Positions 20,081-30,303 of a DNA stretch of 64,000 bases are shown piece by piece. The stretch is from an uncultured Burkholderiales bacterium (GTDB taxonomy: Bacteria; Pseudomonadota; Gammaproteobacteria; Burkholderiales; Burkholderiaceae_C). The notes below the pieces were generated by a model that saw nothing but the letters and a program-made list of their open reading frames with translations, did no database searches and was not told the origin of the DNA. Each line of letters starts with the position of its first letter. The first letter of the stretch is position 1. Position numbers and translations under genes: made by a program. The stretch is taken from positions 538-64,537 of the forward strand of contig CAIVGK010000009.1 in assembly GCA_903905475.1 (NCBI GenBank), given 5' to 3'.

Positions 20081-20428
20081 ATGACACACGATCCAAACTG
20101 TCTTTTCTGCAAGATCGTCGCGGGCCAGATTCCGAGCCGCAAGGCCTACGAAGACGACGACCTCCTGGTGTTTCATGACATTCACCCCTGGGCACCGGTG
20201 CACTTGCTGCTCATCCCTAAACTGCACATCGCCACGCATGCCGACGTGACACCCGAGCACGCCGTATTGTTTGGAAAAATGATGACGCTGGTGCCCAAAC
20301 TGGCGCGCGAGGCGGGTGCGACCAACGGTTTTCGGACCATCATCAACACGGGCCGCGACGGCGGGCAGGAGGTCTACCACCTGCACATGCATCTGATCGG
20401 CGGCGCACGGCCGTGGAAGCAGGGCTGA
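20081..20428 (+). CDS. HIT-family (histidine triad) nucleotide-binding protein
   Basis: Contains CLFCKIVAGQIPS and the histidine triad HLHMHLIGG. Confidence 0.9.
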   Translation: MTHDPNCLFCKIVAGQIPSRKAYEDDDLLVFHDIHPWAPVHLLLIPKLHIATHADVTPEHAVLFGKMMTLVPKLAREAGATNGFRTIINTGRDGGQEVYHLHMHLIGGARPWKQG

Positions 20429-20463
20429 CCTAGAATCCGCGGTCCTCTACAGGGAGTTAAAGC

Positions 20464-20700
20464 ATGGGAACATTCAGCATCTGGCATTGGCTGATCGTCT
20501 TGGTGATCGTGGTGCTGGTCTTCGGCACCAAGAAGCTCAAGAACATCGGATCAGACCTCGGCGGTGCCGTCAAGGGATTCAAGGACGGCATCAAGGACGG
20601 CAGCGCGTCGGCTGACGCAGCCACCCCGACGCAGCAAGTCACCGCCGAGAAGTCGACGGATGCCAACACCGTCGACGTGGAAGCCAAAACCAAGTCGTGA
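20464..20700 (+). CDS. tatA: Twin-arginine translocase subunit TatA
   Basis: The sequence reads [42 protein letters not shown]. Confidence 0.95.
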   Translation: MGTFSIWHWLIVLVIVVLVFGTKKLKNIGSDLGGAVKGFKDGIKDGSASADAATPTQQVTAEKSTDANTVDVEAKTKS

Positions 20701-21191
20701 TTGATTTCGGGTTCGACAAGCTCGCGCTGATCGGGGCGGTGGCGCTGGTCGTCATCGGGCCCGAGCGACTGCCACGCGTGGCTCGCACGGTGGGTCACCT
20801 GCTCGGCAAGGCGCAGCGTTATGTGTCGGACGTCAAGGCCGAGGTCAGCCGATCGATCGATCTCGAAGAGCTCAAAAAGATGAAGGGTCATCTTGAAGAG
20901 TCGGCCCGGGATGTCGAGCAGACGGTGGCGAAAAACATCCACCAGACCAGTGCCGAACTGCACGAAAGCTGGAACCCGACCGCCGGCGATGGGCACACCG
21001 AGATCAATGAACACAACCGCTATGACACCTTGCTTCGGCCGGTGCCGCCGTATCGCCATCCGAAGAAGCAATGGCGGCTCAAGCGTTCAGCCATGCCTCA
21101 GTGGTACAAGCAGCGCCACGGCATTCGCGGCAAGGCGCAGTCGGGCGCGGCACGCGTGGCGCGCTTTCGTCCACCGCCCTCGTCGGTCTGA
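20697..21191 (+). CDS. tatB: Twin-arginine translocase subunit TatB
   Basis: Begins [38 protein letters not shown]. Confidence 0.9.
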   Translation: MIDFGFDKLALIGAVALVVIGPERLPRVARTVGHLLGKAQRYVSDVKAEVSRSIDLEELKKMKGHLEESARDVEQTVAKNIHQTSAELHESWNPTAGDGHTEINEHNRYDTLLRPVPPYRHPKKQWRLKRSAMPQWYKQRHGIRGKAQSGAARVARFRPPPSSV

Positions 21192-21980
21192 TTGATGGCT
21201 GCCAACCGTCCCGGCCCTGACGAACTCAGCGGCACCGAGCAGCCCTTTGTCGCGCATCTGATCGAGTTGCGTGATCGCCTGGTCCGAGCGGCCATTGCGG
21301 TGGGTGTGGTGTTTGGCGTGCTGTGCCTGTGGCCAGGCCCCGGCGGGCTCTATGACCTGCTGGCCGAGCCCCTGGTGGCCAACCTCCCCAAAGGGGCGAC
21401 GCTGATCGCCACCAACGTGATCTCGCCTTTCGTGGTGCCGCTGAAGATCACGCTGATGGCCTCGTTTCTGCTGGCGCTGCCCGTGGTGCTCTACCAGGTG
21501 TGGGCGTTTGTGGCGCCAGGCCTGTATGCGCACGAGAAGAAACTGGTCCTGCCGCTCGTGGTCTCGAGCACCTTGCTCTTTCTGGCCGGCGTCGCGTTTT
21601 GTTACTACTTCGTGTTCGGCCAGGTCTTCAAGTTCATTCAGAGCTTTGCCCCCAAGAGCATCACGGCCGCGCCTGACATCGAGGCTTACCTGAGTTTTGT
21701 GCTGACGATGTTCATCGCCTTTGGTGCCTCGTTTGAGGTGCCCGTGGTGGTGGTGGTGCTGGCACGCATGGGGCTGGTGACCATCGAAAAGCTCAAGGAG
21801 TTCCGCAGCTACTTCGTGGTGCTCGCGTTCATCATCGCAGCCGTGCTCACGCCGCCCGACGTCGTGTCGCAGTTGGCACTGGCGATCCCGATGTGCCTGC
21901 TCTACGAATTGGGCATTTGGGCGGCGCGCATCTTCATCAAGCACACCCAGGCACCGGCGGAAGAAACGCCACCAGCGTGA
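21192..21980 (+). CDS. tatC: Twin-arginine translocase subunit TatC
   Basis: Contains FVAHLIELRDRL, has six TM helices, and contains LTPPDVVSQ. Confidence 0.95.
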   Translation: MMAANRPGPDELSGTEQPFVAHLIELRDRLVRAAIAVGVVFGVLCLWPGPGGLYDLLAEPLVANLPKGATLIATNVISPFVVPLKITLMASFLLALPVVLYQVWAFVAPGLYAHEKKLVLPLVVSSTLLFLAGVAFCYYFVFGQVFKFIQSFAPKSITAAPDIEAYLSFVLTMFIAFGASFEVPVVVVVLARMGLVTIEKLKEFRSYFVVLAFIIAAVLTPPDVVSQLALAIPMCLLYELGIWAARIFIKHTQAPAEETPPA

Positions 21981-22036
21981 GCCCCTGGCAGCGTGAGCTG
22001 GGGCCTGAAGCGCCCCGACCCATGGGCCCGCCTGTC

Positions 22037-23194
22037 TCAGCGCCTTGTGACAGCCAGGGATTTGGGTCGCTGAGCCGCGGTGACCTTCAGCGTCAGTGTT
22101 GCCTTGCCCCGCTGGATCACTAACGCAGCCTGAGACTGCGGCTTGAGCGATGCGACGGCATTGAGCAACTGCGACGTGTTGAGCACCCGCTTGCCATCCA
22201 CTTCGAGCACCACGTCTCCGGGCAGCATGCCGGATTCACCGGCCGGCCCGTCTTGCAGCACGCCCGTGATCAGAACCCCCTGACTCACAGGCAGGTTGAA
22301 GGTCTGCGCGATCTCGGGGGTGAGGTCGCGTGGCTCGATACCGATCCAGCCGCGGGTGACCTGTCCGTTTCGCACCAGGCCCTCCATGACGTGTTGCGCG
22401 GTGTTGGCCGGAATGGCAAAACCAATGCCCATGCTGCCGCCAGAACGCGAATAGATGGCGGTGTTGATGCCCATCAGATTGCCGTTGGTGTCGACCAGCG
22501 CACCGCCCGAGTTGCCCGGATTGATGGCGGCATCGGTCTGGATGAAGTTCTCGAAGGTGTTGATGCCCAGGTGGTCGCGACCCAGGGCGCTCACGATGCC
22601 GGCTGTCACCGTCTGCCCCACGCCAAACGGATTGCCGATGGCCAGCACCACATCGCCCACCTGCAGGCTGTCGGTGTTGCCGAAAGCCATCACGGGCAGG
22701 CGGTCCAGGTCGATCTTGAGCACCGCGACATCGCTGTCCGGATCGGTGCCGACCACTTTGGCCGGGGCGCTGCGTCCGTCGGTGAGCATCACGTCGATGT
22801 CGCTGGCGCCGTCAATGACGTGGTTGTTGGTGAGCAGGTAGCCTTCGCTGGAGACGATGACGCCCGAGCCGAGCCCGACCTGGGCCTGCCGGTCGCGATC
22901 GCCGAAGAAGAAGTCGAACCAGGGGTCGCCCTCGTGCGGGTTGCGCGCCGGGGCCTTGCGCGTGGTGATGCTCACCACCGCTGGGGTCGCACGCCGGGCC
23001 GCGGCGCTGTAGCCGGTGGTCGAGGTGGCACCTGCTGTGGTCGTGGCTGCGGGTGCTTCGACCATCGGCAGCAACCCGGGAACCGGCGAACCCGGACGGT
23101 TTTGCAGCCAGTCGGGCTTGAGCGTGGCGATCACGAAAACGATGGCCAACGCGACCGTGACGGCCTGGGAGAAAATGAGCCAGGTTTTTCGCAT
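22037..23194 (-). CDS. Periplasmic trypsin-like serine protease with one PDZ domain (DegS/AlgW/DegQ-like)
   Basis: The catalytic triad contexts are TNNHVI, DSDVAVLK and GNSGGALV. One C-terminal PDZ domain is present. Start is ATG 23194. Confidence 0.85.
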   Translation of the reverse strand: MRKTWLIFSQAVTVALAIVFVIATLKPDWLQNRPGSPVPGLLPMVEAPAATTTAGATSTTGYSAAARRATPAVVSITTRKAPARNPHEGDPWFDFFFGDRDRQAQVGLGSGVIVSSEGYLLTNNHVIDGASDIDVMLTDGRSAPAKVVGTDPDSDVAVLKIDLDRLPVMAFGNTDSLQVGDVVLAIGNPFGVGQTVTAGIVSALGRDHLGINTFENFIQTDAAINPGNSGGALVDTNGNLMGINTAIYSRSGGSMGIGFAIPANTAQHVMEGLVRNGQVTRGWIGIEPRDLTPEIAQTFNLPVSQGVLITGVLQDGPAGESGMLPGDVVLEVDGKRVLNTSQLLNAVASLKPQSQAALVIQRGKATLTLKVTAAQRPKSLAVTRR

Positions 23195-23206
23195 GAGGTT
23201 GAGTCT

Positions 23207-23956
23207 GTGGCCCAACGATCGGACGTCGATGTGTATCTGTCAGCCCTGCTGCAGAGCGCGAGCTTCAAGGATTATGGGCCGAACGGTTTGCAGATCGAGG
23301 GCCGGCCGCAGGTGTGCCGCCTCGTGTCTGGCGTCACGGCCAGCCTCGCATTGATCGACGCGGCGATCGAGGCCGAAGCCGACGCGGTGCTGGTGCATCA
23401 CGGACTGTTCTGGCGCGGGCACGACGGCTGCATCACCGGCTGGCTCAAGCAGCGCGTGCAGCGGTTGCTGGCCCATGACATCAACCTGTTGGCCTACCAC
23501 CTGCCGCTCGATGCACACCCGCAATTCGGCAACAACGCGCAGCTCGGTTTGCGCATGGGTGTGAGTGCCGATGCGCGCTTTGGCGAGCAGTCGTTGGGCT
23601 TCATCGGCACGCCCGAGGCGCCATTGACGGCGAAGGAACTGCTCGAACGCCTGGCGCGGATGTCGGGTCGCAAGCCGGCGCTCATCGAGGGTGACGGCAG
23701 GCCGCTGCGCCGCCTCGCTTGGTGCAGCGGCGGCGCGCAGTCGTACTTCGAAGCCGCCATTGCAGCGGGGGCCGACGCCTTCGTCACGGGTGAGATGTCC
23801 GAGCCGCAGGTGCATCTGGCGCGTGAGACGGGCGTCGCGTTCATCGCCTGCGGCCACCACGCGAGCGAACGCTATGGCGTGCAGGCGCTCGGGGAGCATC
23901 TGGCCGCGCAGTTCGACATCGAGCACCGCTACATCGAAATCGACAACCCGGCCTGA
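23207..23956 (+). CDS. Nif3-like dinuclear metal-centre protein
   Basis: Contains YLSALLQSASFKDYGPNGLQIEG, AVLVHHGLFW and ACGHHASE. The start is uncertain (GTG 23207 or 23231). The long upstream part of ORF 22253..23956 is antisense to the protease gene. Confidence 0.8.
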   Translation: MAQRSDVDVYLSALLQSASFKDYGPNGLQIEGRPQVCRLVSGVTASLALIDAAIEAEADAVLVHHGLFWRGHDGCITGWLKQRVQRLLAHDINLLAYHLPLDAHPQFGNNAQLGLRMGVSADARFGEQSLGFIGTPEAPLTAKELLERLARMSGRKPALIEGDGRPLRRLAWCSGGAQSYFEAAIAAGADAFVTGEMSEPQVHLARETGVAFIACGHHASERYGVQALGEHLAAQFDIEHRYIEIDNPA

Positions 23957-23972
23957 GCGCCGCTACCCTCAC

Positions 23973-25019
23973 ATGACAAATCTGGCCCCGTCGCGCGTGG
24001 CGCCCATCGCGATCACCATGGGCGACGCCTGCGGCATCGGGCCCGAGATCATCGCGCGCCTGTACCGCGGCGGGTTGGCTCGCGGCTGTTTCGTGGTGGG
24101 CGATGTCGACGTGATGCGTCGCGCTGCCGCCTGGACCGGCGAGATGCTGTCCGTGGCTCGCATCGATGAGCCTGCGTCGGTGTTCGACGTCCCGGCGAAC
24201 TGCATGGCGGTGCTGCAAGCCGAGGGGTTGACCGACGGTCTGGCGACGTTGCCCGTGGGTCGAATCGACGCCAGAGCCGGGGCGGCGGCGGCCCGGTGCA
24301 TCGAGCAGGCCGTGAGCTTGGCGATGCGTGGCGAGGTGGCGGCCATCGTCACCGCGCCGATTCACAAGGAAGCCCTGGCCGCCGCTGGCGTGGGGTTCCC
24401 CGGGCACACCGAGATGCTGCAGGCGCTGGCCGCGTCGCCAGGCCAGCCAGTACTGCCTGTGCGCATGATGCTGGCCAATGCCGAGCTGCGCGTCGTGCTG
24501 GTGACGATTCATCAGTCGCTGCGGCAGGCGATCGAGGGGGTGACGTTTGACGCAGTGCTTGAAACCCTGCGCATCGCCCACCGCGCGGCGGCGGGTTGGG
24601 GCATGACCACGCCGCGCATCGCGGTGGCCGGGCTGAACCCGCACGCCGGCGAGGGCGGGCTGTTTGGCGACGAGGAATTGCGCATCATTGGCCCGGCGGT
24701 CGCGGCGGCCCGTGCCGAAGGGATCGATGCGCGCGGACCCTTCGCGCCCGACACGGTGTTCATGCGCGCCCGCCATGCCCCCGAACACCCGGGTGAATTC
24801 GACATCGTGATCGCCATGACGCACGACCACGGACTGATCCCGGTCAAGTACCTGGGCGTTGAGCACGGCGTCAACGTGACGCTGGGTTTGCCCTTCGTGC
24901 GCACCAGCCCGGATCACGGCACGGCGTTCGACAAGGCCGGAACGGGCAACGCCGATCCCTCGTCGATGGCTGCAGCCCTGGCAATGGCCAGGCGACTGGT
25001 TCAAGCCGCCGCAGGCTGA
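23973..25019 (+). CDS. pdxA: 4-hydroxythreonine-4-phosphate dehydrogenase
   Basis: Contains IAITMGDACGIGPEI, PGHTEML and NPHAGEGG. Confidence 0.9.
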   Translation: MTNLAPSRVAPIAITMGDACGIGPEIIARLYRGGLARGCFVVGDVDVMRRAAAWTGEMLSVARIDEPASVFDVPANCMAVLQAEGLTDGLATLPVGRIDARAGAAAARCIEQAVSLAMRGEVAAIVTAPIHKEALAAAGVGFPGHTEMLQALAASPGQPVLPVRMMLANAELRVVLVTIHQSLRQAIEGVTFDAVLETLRIAHRAAAGWGMTTPRIAVAGLNPHAGEGGLFGDEELRIIGPAVAAARAEGIDARGPFAPDTVFMRARHAPEHPGEFDIVIAMTHDHGLIPVKYLGVEHGVNVTLGLPFVRTSPDHGTAFDKAGTGNADPSSMAAALAMARRLVQAAAG

Positions 25020-25031
25020 ACCGCACGCGGC

Positions 25032-27539
25032 TCACTGCATCGTGGTGACCAGCTCGGCGAGTTGCTTGCGTGTCCTCGAGGTGGCGCGCTCCAGCAGGTA
25101 GCTGCTCTCTAGCGCGCGCAATCGCTGCGCCTCGCACATGCGCAGCAGCATGCGCGCGGTGAGCGACACGGTTTCCTGCAGGTTGCGCCCGTGCGTGAAG
25201 ACAAAGAAGCTGCGCCCCGGGCTGACATAGGTGAGGCGAACTTTCTGCCACTGCTCCTGAATCAGCATCTGATAGGCGAATCCGATGTGCAGGTGATCGA
25301 CCAGACTGGCGCCGCTTGAAGGCTCGGCGGGGTCGGCGCCCACCAGATCGAGGTTGATGTCGACCCCGAGGTTCAGCGGCTTCAGCGGGGCGGGTGCAGG
25401 CTCGTCGCTCAGGTCGATGTCGATGTGACCGGACCAATCGACGGCCTGGTCTTCGAGCAGACCGACCTGTTTGGCCTCTTCCGGTGAAAAGCGCTGTTCG
25501 ATGTCGGTCGACGGCAAGGCTGCGTCGAACCGCGAGGGCTCGGTGGGCGCCGGGATGCCGCTGTTGAAAATCGACTCCAGTTGCTTGGACATCAGGTTGT
25601 AGTCGAGCTCGGTCATGGCCGGCACCTTGAGCGACTCCGCGTGAAGCGGCAGCAACTGCGCGAGGAACTCCTTTTGCGCCGGCTCGGGCCAGCCGATCAG
25701 GTGCATGCCTTCATTGAGACCACGCATCAGCCCTGGCAACTGCATCAGGAAGCGCTTGCGCATGGCCAGTGAGCCCTTGGGCTGAACGCTCATCACCAAT
25801 TCGCGCGCCACATGTTGCAAGCGTCGTGTGGTTTCGCTTTGCGGCCCATGCTGGCGGCTCGCCTGAACGAGTGCCTGGCTCCACACCTGACAAATGAAAT
25901 CGCGCAAGAACTCTGCCACCGGAATCGCCGACAGCAAACCGCGCAAATGGGTCAGATAGCGCTGTTGCACGCGCAGATCCGACTCCTTGGCTTGCAACAC
26001 CGCAATTGCACCAGCGTGCTGGTCGCTTGATGTGGCCTGGGCCGCGGTGAAGCCTTCAAGTTCGTCGAGCTTGGAGGCGTAGAGCTCGACCTGATCGAAG
26101 TCACCCTCGATGATGTCTTGCACCAGTGCTTGCACGCGTTCGACAAACTCCTTGCCGGGGCCGCCGGCGAAATCATCGAAAGCGCAACTGAGCGAAGCGA
26201 TCCGGTTGATCAGCCGACGCACCGGGTGACGCCGGGATGAAAAAAAGCTGGCGTCGACCAGCGCCACGCGCAGCACCGGCAGCTGCAGCCTGGCGATGTG
26301 TCGAGCCATTTGTGGCGGTACCCGCGTGTCCGACAGAATCTGATCGAACAAGCTGCCCACCACATCAATCACCATGTGATCGAGCTTGCCTGGCGAGGCC
26401 TGCATCAGCTCCTCGCGGTGGGCTCGAATCAGGTTGACCGCCATCAAACCGGCCGCCGCGTCGTCGGCCGGCGGGCGCAGTGCGTCCTCATCGGTGGGCG
26501 TCATGTGGCCCGCGCTTGCGGGGGCGTGGGTGGCGTCTGGATCCGCGGGTGATGACTGGCCGGCCGCGGCAGGCCCTCCGCGCCACGACGCCGTATGGCC
26601 GCGATCCGCGGGCTGGCTGGCCAATTGGTTCAGCCGCCTCAGCAGGGACATCAGCTGGCCGTCAGCCGCCGCCACGCCGGTGCCGGCCACTTCATCGCGA
26701 GGACCCGTGCCGCTGCCTGATCCTGAGTCTCCTGAGCCAGTCCCTTGTCCTGTCGCGTCATGCCCGCGTCCGGGGTGGGATGCCAGCGCATCGCGCTTCG
26801 ACGTCTGGAAGTCCGCGTTCCCAGTCCGGGATGCTCCCGTCTCACTGCGCGAATCCCCGTACCCGGAGTGGCCCCCTGCACGCGGCTTGCCCGGGATGTC
26901 GGCGCTGCGTGGTGCCAGCGCGACGGGAGTCAACCCGCGCGACTTCAGGTCGGCGACGATGGCGGCGTAGCAAGCCACCATGCCTTGAGCCATCGCAGCG
27001 CCGAATTCGCGGGCCAGTACCCGGCGCTCATCGACATCCTCGGACACGGCTTCAATCGCGCTGTAAGTCGCTTCGCCAATGATCGATGGGCGCAGCGGAT
27101 TGCGATCCCTGTCACCGTCGCCCGGCCCGGTGATTCGGGCCAGATAGCCGGCGAGCTCACGCAACTCGTTGTCGCAGGCGTGGTTGATCTGCTGCCCGAA
27201 ACGGTCCGAGGCCATCTGCTCTTCGACAGCACTGTCATCGACCAGACTCAACGACGCCCAATCCGTGTCCGCCGAGCGCCGTGTGTCGTCACGCGTTGCC
27301 AGGGTTTGCCGCATGCGTTCATCCAGACGTTGACTGAACCGAGCCTGGAACACCCCCAGTTGACGGTGCAGCGCCAGCTGAGCGGCGAACATGACGTTGC
27401 GATCGAGTGCCTTCGAGGCCGACTGCGACTGGGCCGCGAGCGTGAGGCACACGCGCTCGGCCACCGCTGCTGCCGTCGCATGGATCAGCCCGACCGCGGC
27501 TTCCAGTTCGTCTGGGGGTCTGGAGCCGAGTGGGTTCAT
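25032..27539 (-). CDS. DUF1631-family large protein of unknown function
   Basis: The 835-aa ORF has a central Gly/Ser/Asp/Pro low-complexity stretch (GQGTGSGDSGSGSGTGPRDE). Its overall layout resembles DUF1631 proteins of beta/gamma-proteobacteria, from recollection only. Confidence 0.7.
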   Translation of the reverse strand: MNPLGSRPPDELEAAVGLIHATAAAVAERVCLTLAAQSQSASKALDRNVMFAAQLALHRQLGVFQARFSQRLDERMRQTLATRDDTRRSADTDWASLSLVDDSAVEEQMASDRFGQQINHACDNELRELAGYLARITGPGDGDRDRNPLRPSIIGEATYSAIEAVSEDVDERRVLAREFGAAMAQGMVACYAAIVADLKSRGLTPVALAPRSADIPGKPRAGGHSGYGDSRSETGASRTGNADFQTSKRDALASHPGRGHDATGQGTGSGDSGSGSGTGPRDEVAGTGVAAADGQLMSLLRRLNQLASQPADRGHTASWRGGPAAAGQSSPADPDATHAPASAGHMTPTDEDALRPPADDAAAGLMAVNLIRAHREELMQASPGKLDHMVIDVVGSLFDQILSDTRVPPQMARHIARLQLPVLRVALVDASFFSSRRHPVRRLINRIASLSCAFDDFAGGPGKEFVERVQALVQDIIEGDFDQVELYASKLDELEGFTAAQATSSDQHAGAIAVLQAKESDLRVQQRYLTHLRGLLSAIPVAEFLRDFICQVWSQALVQASRQHGPQSETTRRLQHVARELVMSVQPKGSLAMRKRFLMQLPGLMRGLNEGMHLIGWPEPAQKEFLAQLLPLHAESLKVPAMTELDYNLMSKQLESIFNSGIPAPTEPSRFDAALPSTDIEQRFSPEEAKQVGLLEDQAVDWSGHIDIDLSDEPAPAPLKPLNLGVDINLDLVGADPAEPSSGASLVDHLHIGFAYQMLIQEQWQKVRLTYVSPGRSFFVFTHGRNLQETVSLTARMLLRMCEAQRLRALESSYLLERATSRTRKQLAELVTTMQ

Positions 27540-27575
27540 CTCAGGGATGGCGGCGACCGCTTTCGCTCCACCGAA

Positions 27576-28001
27576 TCAGCGCTTCAGCGCGTCGCGGATT
27601 TCCCGCAGCAGCACGATGTCTTCGGCTGGCGCGGCCGGCTCGGGAGCCACTTCCGGCGTGGTCGGCGCCTCGTTTTTCACCCGGTTGACCGCCTTGACCA
27701 TCATGAAAATGATCAGCGCCAGGATGATGAAGTTGATGGCAACCGTCAGGAAGCTGCCGTAAGCCAGTACCGCCCCCAATTTTTTGGCCTCCACCAATGT
27801 GGTGACGTTTTGGCCCGCAAGTGGGATGAAGTAGTTGGCGAAGTCGAGGCCGCCCACGACCTTGCTGGCCACCGGCATGATCATGTCCGACACCAGAGAG
27901 TCGACGATCTTGCCAAAGGCCCCGCCGATGCTCACGCCGACGGCGAGATCGACGACGCTGCCCTTCATGGCGAACTCTTTGAACTCCGAAGTAAATCCCA
28001 T
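27576..28001 (-). CDS. mscL: Large-conductance mechanosensitive channel
   Basis: Begins [33 protein letters not shown]. Start is ATG 28001. Confidence 0.9.
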   Translation of the reverse strand: MGFTSEFKEFAMKGSVVDLAVGVSIGGAFGKIVDSLVSDMIMPVASKVVGGLDFANYFIPLAGQNVTTLVEAKKLGAVLAYGSFLTVAINFIILALIIFMMVKAVNRVKNEAPTTPEVAPEPAAPAEDIVLLREIRDALKR

Positions 28002-28245
28002 GGCGCTCGCTCCAAGACAAAACGAAACGGGCCCGACCGGACCCGTGCGTGCGCTCACCACGCATCACGCCAGCAAGTATTGCCCAACACGGCCACTCGA
28101 TTGGCCGCTGCCGCTGGTGCGCATCGCCTACGGCGAGCCCTTGGCGCCCCTGTCTTGCGGTGACGGGTCGGCGGCCGTTTTCATGCTCAAAGTACACCGC
28201 TAGAATCCTCGATTACTTCAGATCCGAAGACCTACGTGAGGATGT

Positions 28246-28845
28246 ATGAGCCAGCAGCAAGTTGATAGTTCAAAGCGTACTTGGTTGATCGCGTCCGGTT
28301 GCACCGGGGCCGTCGGGGGCTTGGCGGTAGCGGTGCCCTTCGTCAGCACCTTGCAGCCGTCGGAGCGTGCAAAAGCGGCCGGCGCGTCCGTGGAGGTCGA
28401 CATCAGTGCGCTCAAGCCGGGAGAGAAACTGGTCGTCGAGTGGCGTGGCAATCCAGTGTGGATCATCAAGCGCACGCCTGAGCAACTCGCTGCGTTGCCC
28501 AAGACCGATCCACTTCTGGCGGACCCGCAGTCGCTGCGCAAGCCAGATGAGATGACGCCGGTGTACGCGCGCAACGGGCATCGCTCGATCAAGCCCGAGA
28601 TCATGGTGGCCGTGGGGATCTGCACGCACCTGGGATGCTCACCCTCCGACCGCTTCACGCCCGGTTCGCAGCCCTCCCTGCCGGACAGTTGGGCTGGCGG
28701 CTTCCTGTGTGCTTGCCATGGATCGACCTTCGACATGGCCGGTCGCGTTTTCAAGAACAAACCGGCACCGGACAATCTGGTGGTGCCGCCGCACATGTAC
28801 TTGTCTGACACTCGGCTTCTGATCGGTGATGACAAGAAGGCCTGA
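28246..28845 (+). CDS. petA: Ubiquinol-cytochrome c reductase Rieske iron-sulfur subunit
   Basis: The Rieske motifs CTHLGCSP and CACHGSTFD are present. Confidence 0.95.
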   Translation: MSQQQVDSSKRTWLIASGCTGAVGGLAVAVPFVSTLQPSERAKAAGASVEVDISALKPGEKLVVEWRGNPVWIIKRTPEQLAALPKTDPLLADPQSLRKPDEMTPVYARNGHRSIKPEIMVAVGICTHLGCSPSDRFTPGSQPSLPDSWAGGFLCACHGSTFDMAGRVFKNKPAPDNLVVPPHMYLSDTRLLIGDDKKA

Positions 28846-28882
28846 TGGCAAAGCAGTAACGGCAATTTCAGGAGATCACAAG

Positions 28883-30283
28883 ATGGCCACCTTCAAGGAA
28901 GCCCCAGTCAATGCAACAGCGGCAGAAAAGCTGTTGACATGGGTTGACAACCGGTTCCCGGCGACGAAGCTCTACAACGAGCACCTCGCCGAGTACTACG
29001 CACCGAAAAATTTCAACTTCTGGTACTTTTTCGGCTCGCTGGCTTTGCTCGTGCTGGTGATTCAGATCGTCACCGGCATCTTCCTTGTCATGCATTACAA
29101 GCCGGACGCCGCACTGGCTTTTGCGTCGGTGGAATACATCATGCGCGACGTCCCATGGGGCTGGCTGGTGCGCTACATGCACTCCACCGGCGCCAGCGCA
29201 TTTTTCGTTGTGGTCTACATGCACATGTTCCGCGGGATGATCTACGGCAGTTACCGCAAACCTCGCGAGCTCGTCTGGATCTTTGGCTGCGCGATCTTCC
29301 TTTGTCTGATGGCGGAAGCCTTCATGGGTTACCTGTTGCCTTGGGGCCAGATGAGCTACTGGGGCGCCCAGGTCATCGTGAACCTGTTCTCCGCGATCCC
29401 TTTCATCGGTCCTGATCTGTCCTTGTTGATCCGTGGTGACTACGTGGTGAGCGATGCCACCCTGAACCGGTTCTTCAGCTTCCATGTGATCGCTGTGCCA
29501 CTGGTGCTTTTGGGTCTGGTGGTCGCGCACATCATTGCCTTGCACGAAGTGGGTTCGAACAACCCGGATGGCGTGGAAATCAAGGCCAAGAAGAACGCTG
29601 CGGGACTGCCGCTCGACGGAATCCCTTTTCATCCGTATTACACGGTCCACGACGTGCTCGGCATCAGTGTGTTCCTGCTGATCTTCTCTGCGATCATCTT
29701 CTTCGCGCCAGAGTTGGGGGGGTACTTCCTCGAGTACAACAATTTCATCCCGGCCGATCCCCTGAAGACACCGCTGCACATTGCGCCGGTCTGGTATTTC
29801 ACGCCTTACTACTCGGTACTTCGCGCAATCACGGCGGAAATGATGTACGTGCTGATGGCATTCGTGTTGCTTGGGGCAGCCTTGGCTGTCCTCAAACTGA
29901 AAATGTCTGGCCTGTCCAAGCTCGTGGTGATGGGTGCTGCTGCCGCGCTGGTCGCGATGATGTTTGCTATCGACGCCAAGTTCTGGGGCGTGGTCGGTAT
30001 GGGTGGGGCAGTGGTCATCCTCTTTTTCTTGCCGTGGCTTGACCACAGCGAGGTGAAGTCGATCCGCTACCGACCTGACTGGCACAAGTATTTCTATGGC
30101 GTGTTCGTGATCAACTTCCTGATCCTTGGCTATCTGGGTGTCCAGCCGGTATCTGCGCTGGGAGAACGTCTCTCGCAAATCGGAACGGTGATCTATTTCG
30201 GGTTCTTTTTGTTGATGCCGTGGTGGAGCCGTTTGGGACAGTTCAAGACCGTTCCGGACCGTGTCACGTTCGCTGCTCACTGA
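28883..30283 (+). CDS. petB: Cytochrome b
   Basis: Contains MATFKEAPVN and NFNFWYFFGSLALLVLVIQIVTGIFLVMHY. Start is ATG 28883. Confidence 0.95.
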   Translation: MATFKEAPVNATAAEKLLTWVDNRFPATKLYNEHLAEYYAPKNFNFWYFFGSLALLVLVIQIVTGIFLVMHYKPDAALAFASVEYIMRDVPWGWLVRYMHSTGASAFFVVVYMHMFRGMIYGSYRKPRELVWIFGCAIFLCLMAEAFMGYLLPWGQMSYWGAQVIVNLFSAIPFIGPDLSLLIRGDYVVSDATLNRFFSFHVIAVPLVLLGLVVAHIIALHEVGSNNPDGVEIKAKKNAAGLPLDGIPFHPYYTVHDVLGISVFLLIFSAIIFFAPELGGYFLEYNNFIPADPLKTPLHIAPVWYFTPYYSVLRAITAEMMYVLMAFVLLGAALAVLKLKMSGLSKLVVMGAAAALVAMMFAIDAKFWGVVGMGGAVVILFFLPWLDHSEVKSIRYRPDWHKYFYGVFVINFLILGYLGVQPVSALGERLSQIGTVIYFGFFLLMPWWSRLGQFKTVPDRVTFAAH

Positions 30284-30303
30284 TCATCAAGGCTCGTCAG
30301 GAA

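Noticed and set aside
21981-22036. Overlapping gcccc/ggggc hairpins between the convergent tatC and protease genes, as a possible terminator.
   Set aside because: The stems are only 5 bp, alternative pairings compete, and there is no U-tract. This is too weak to call as a feature.
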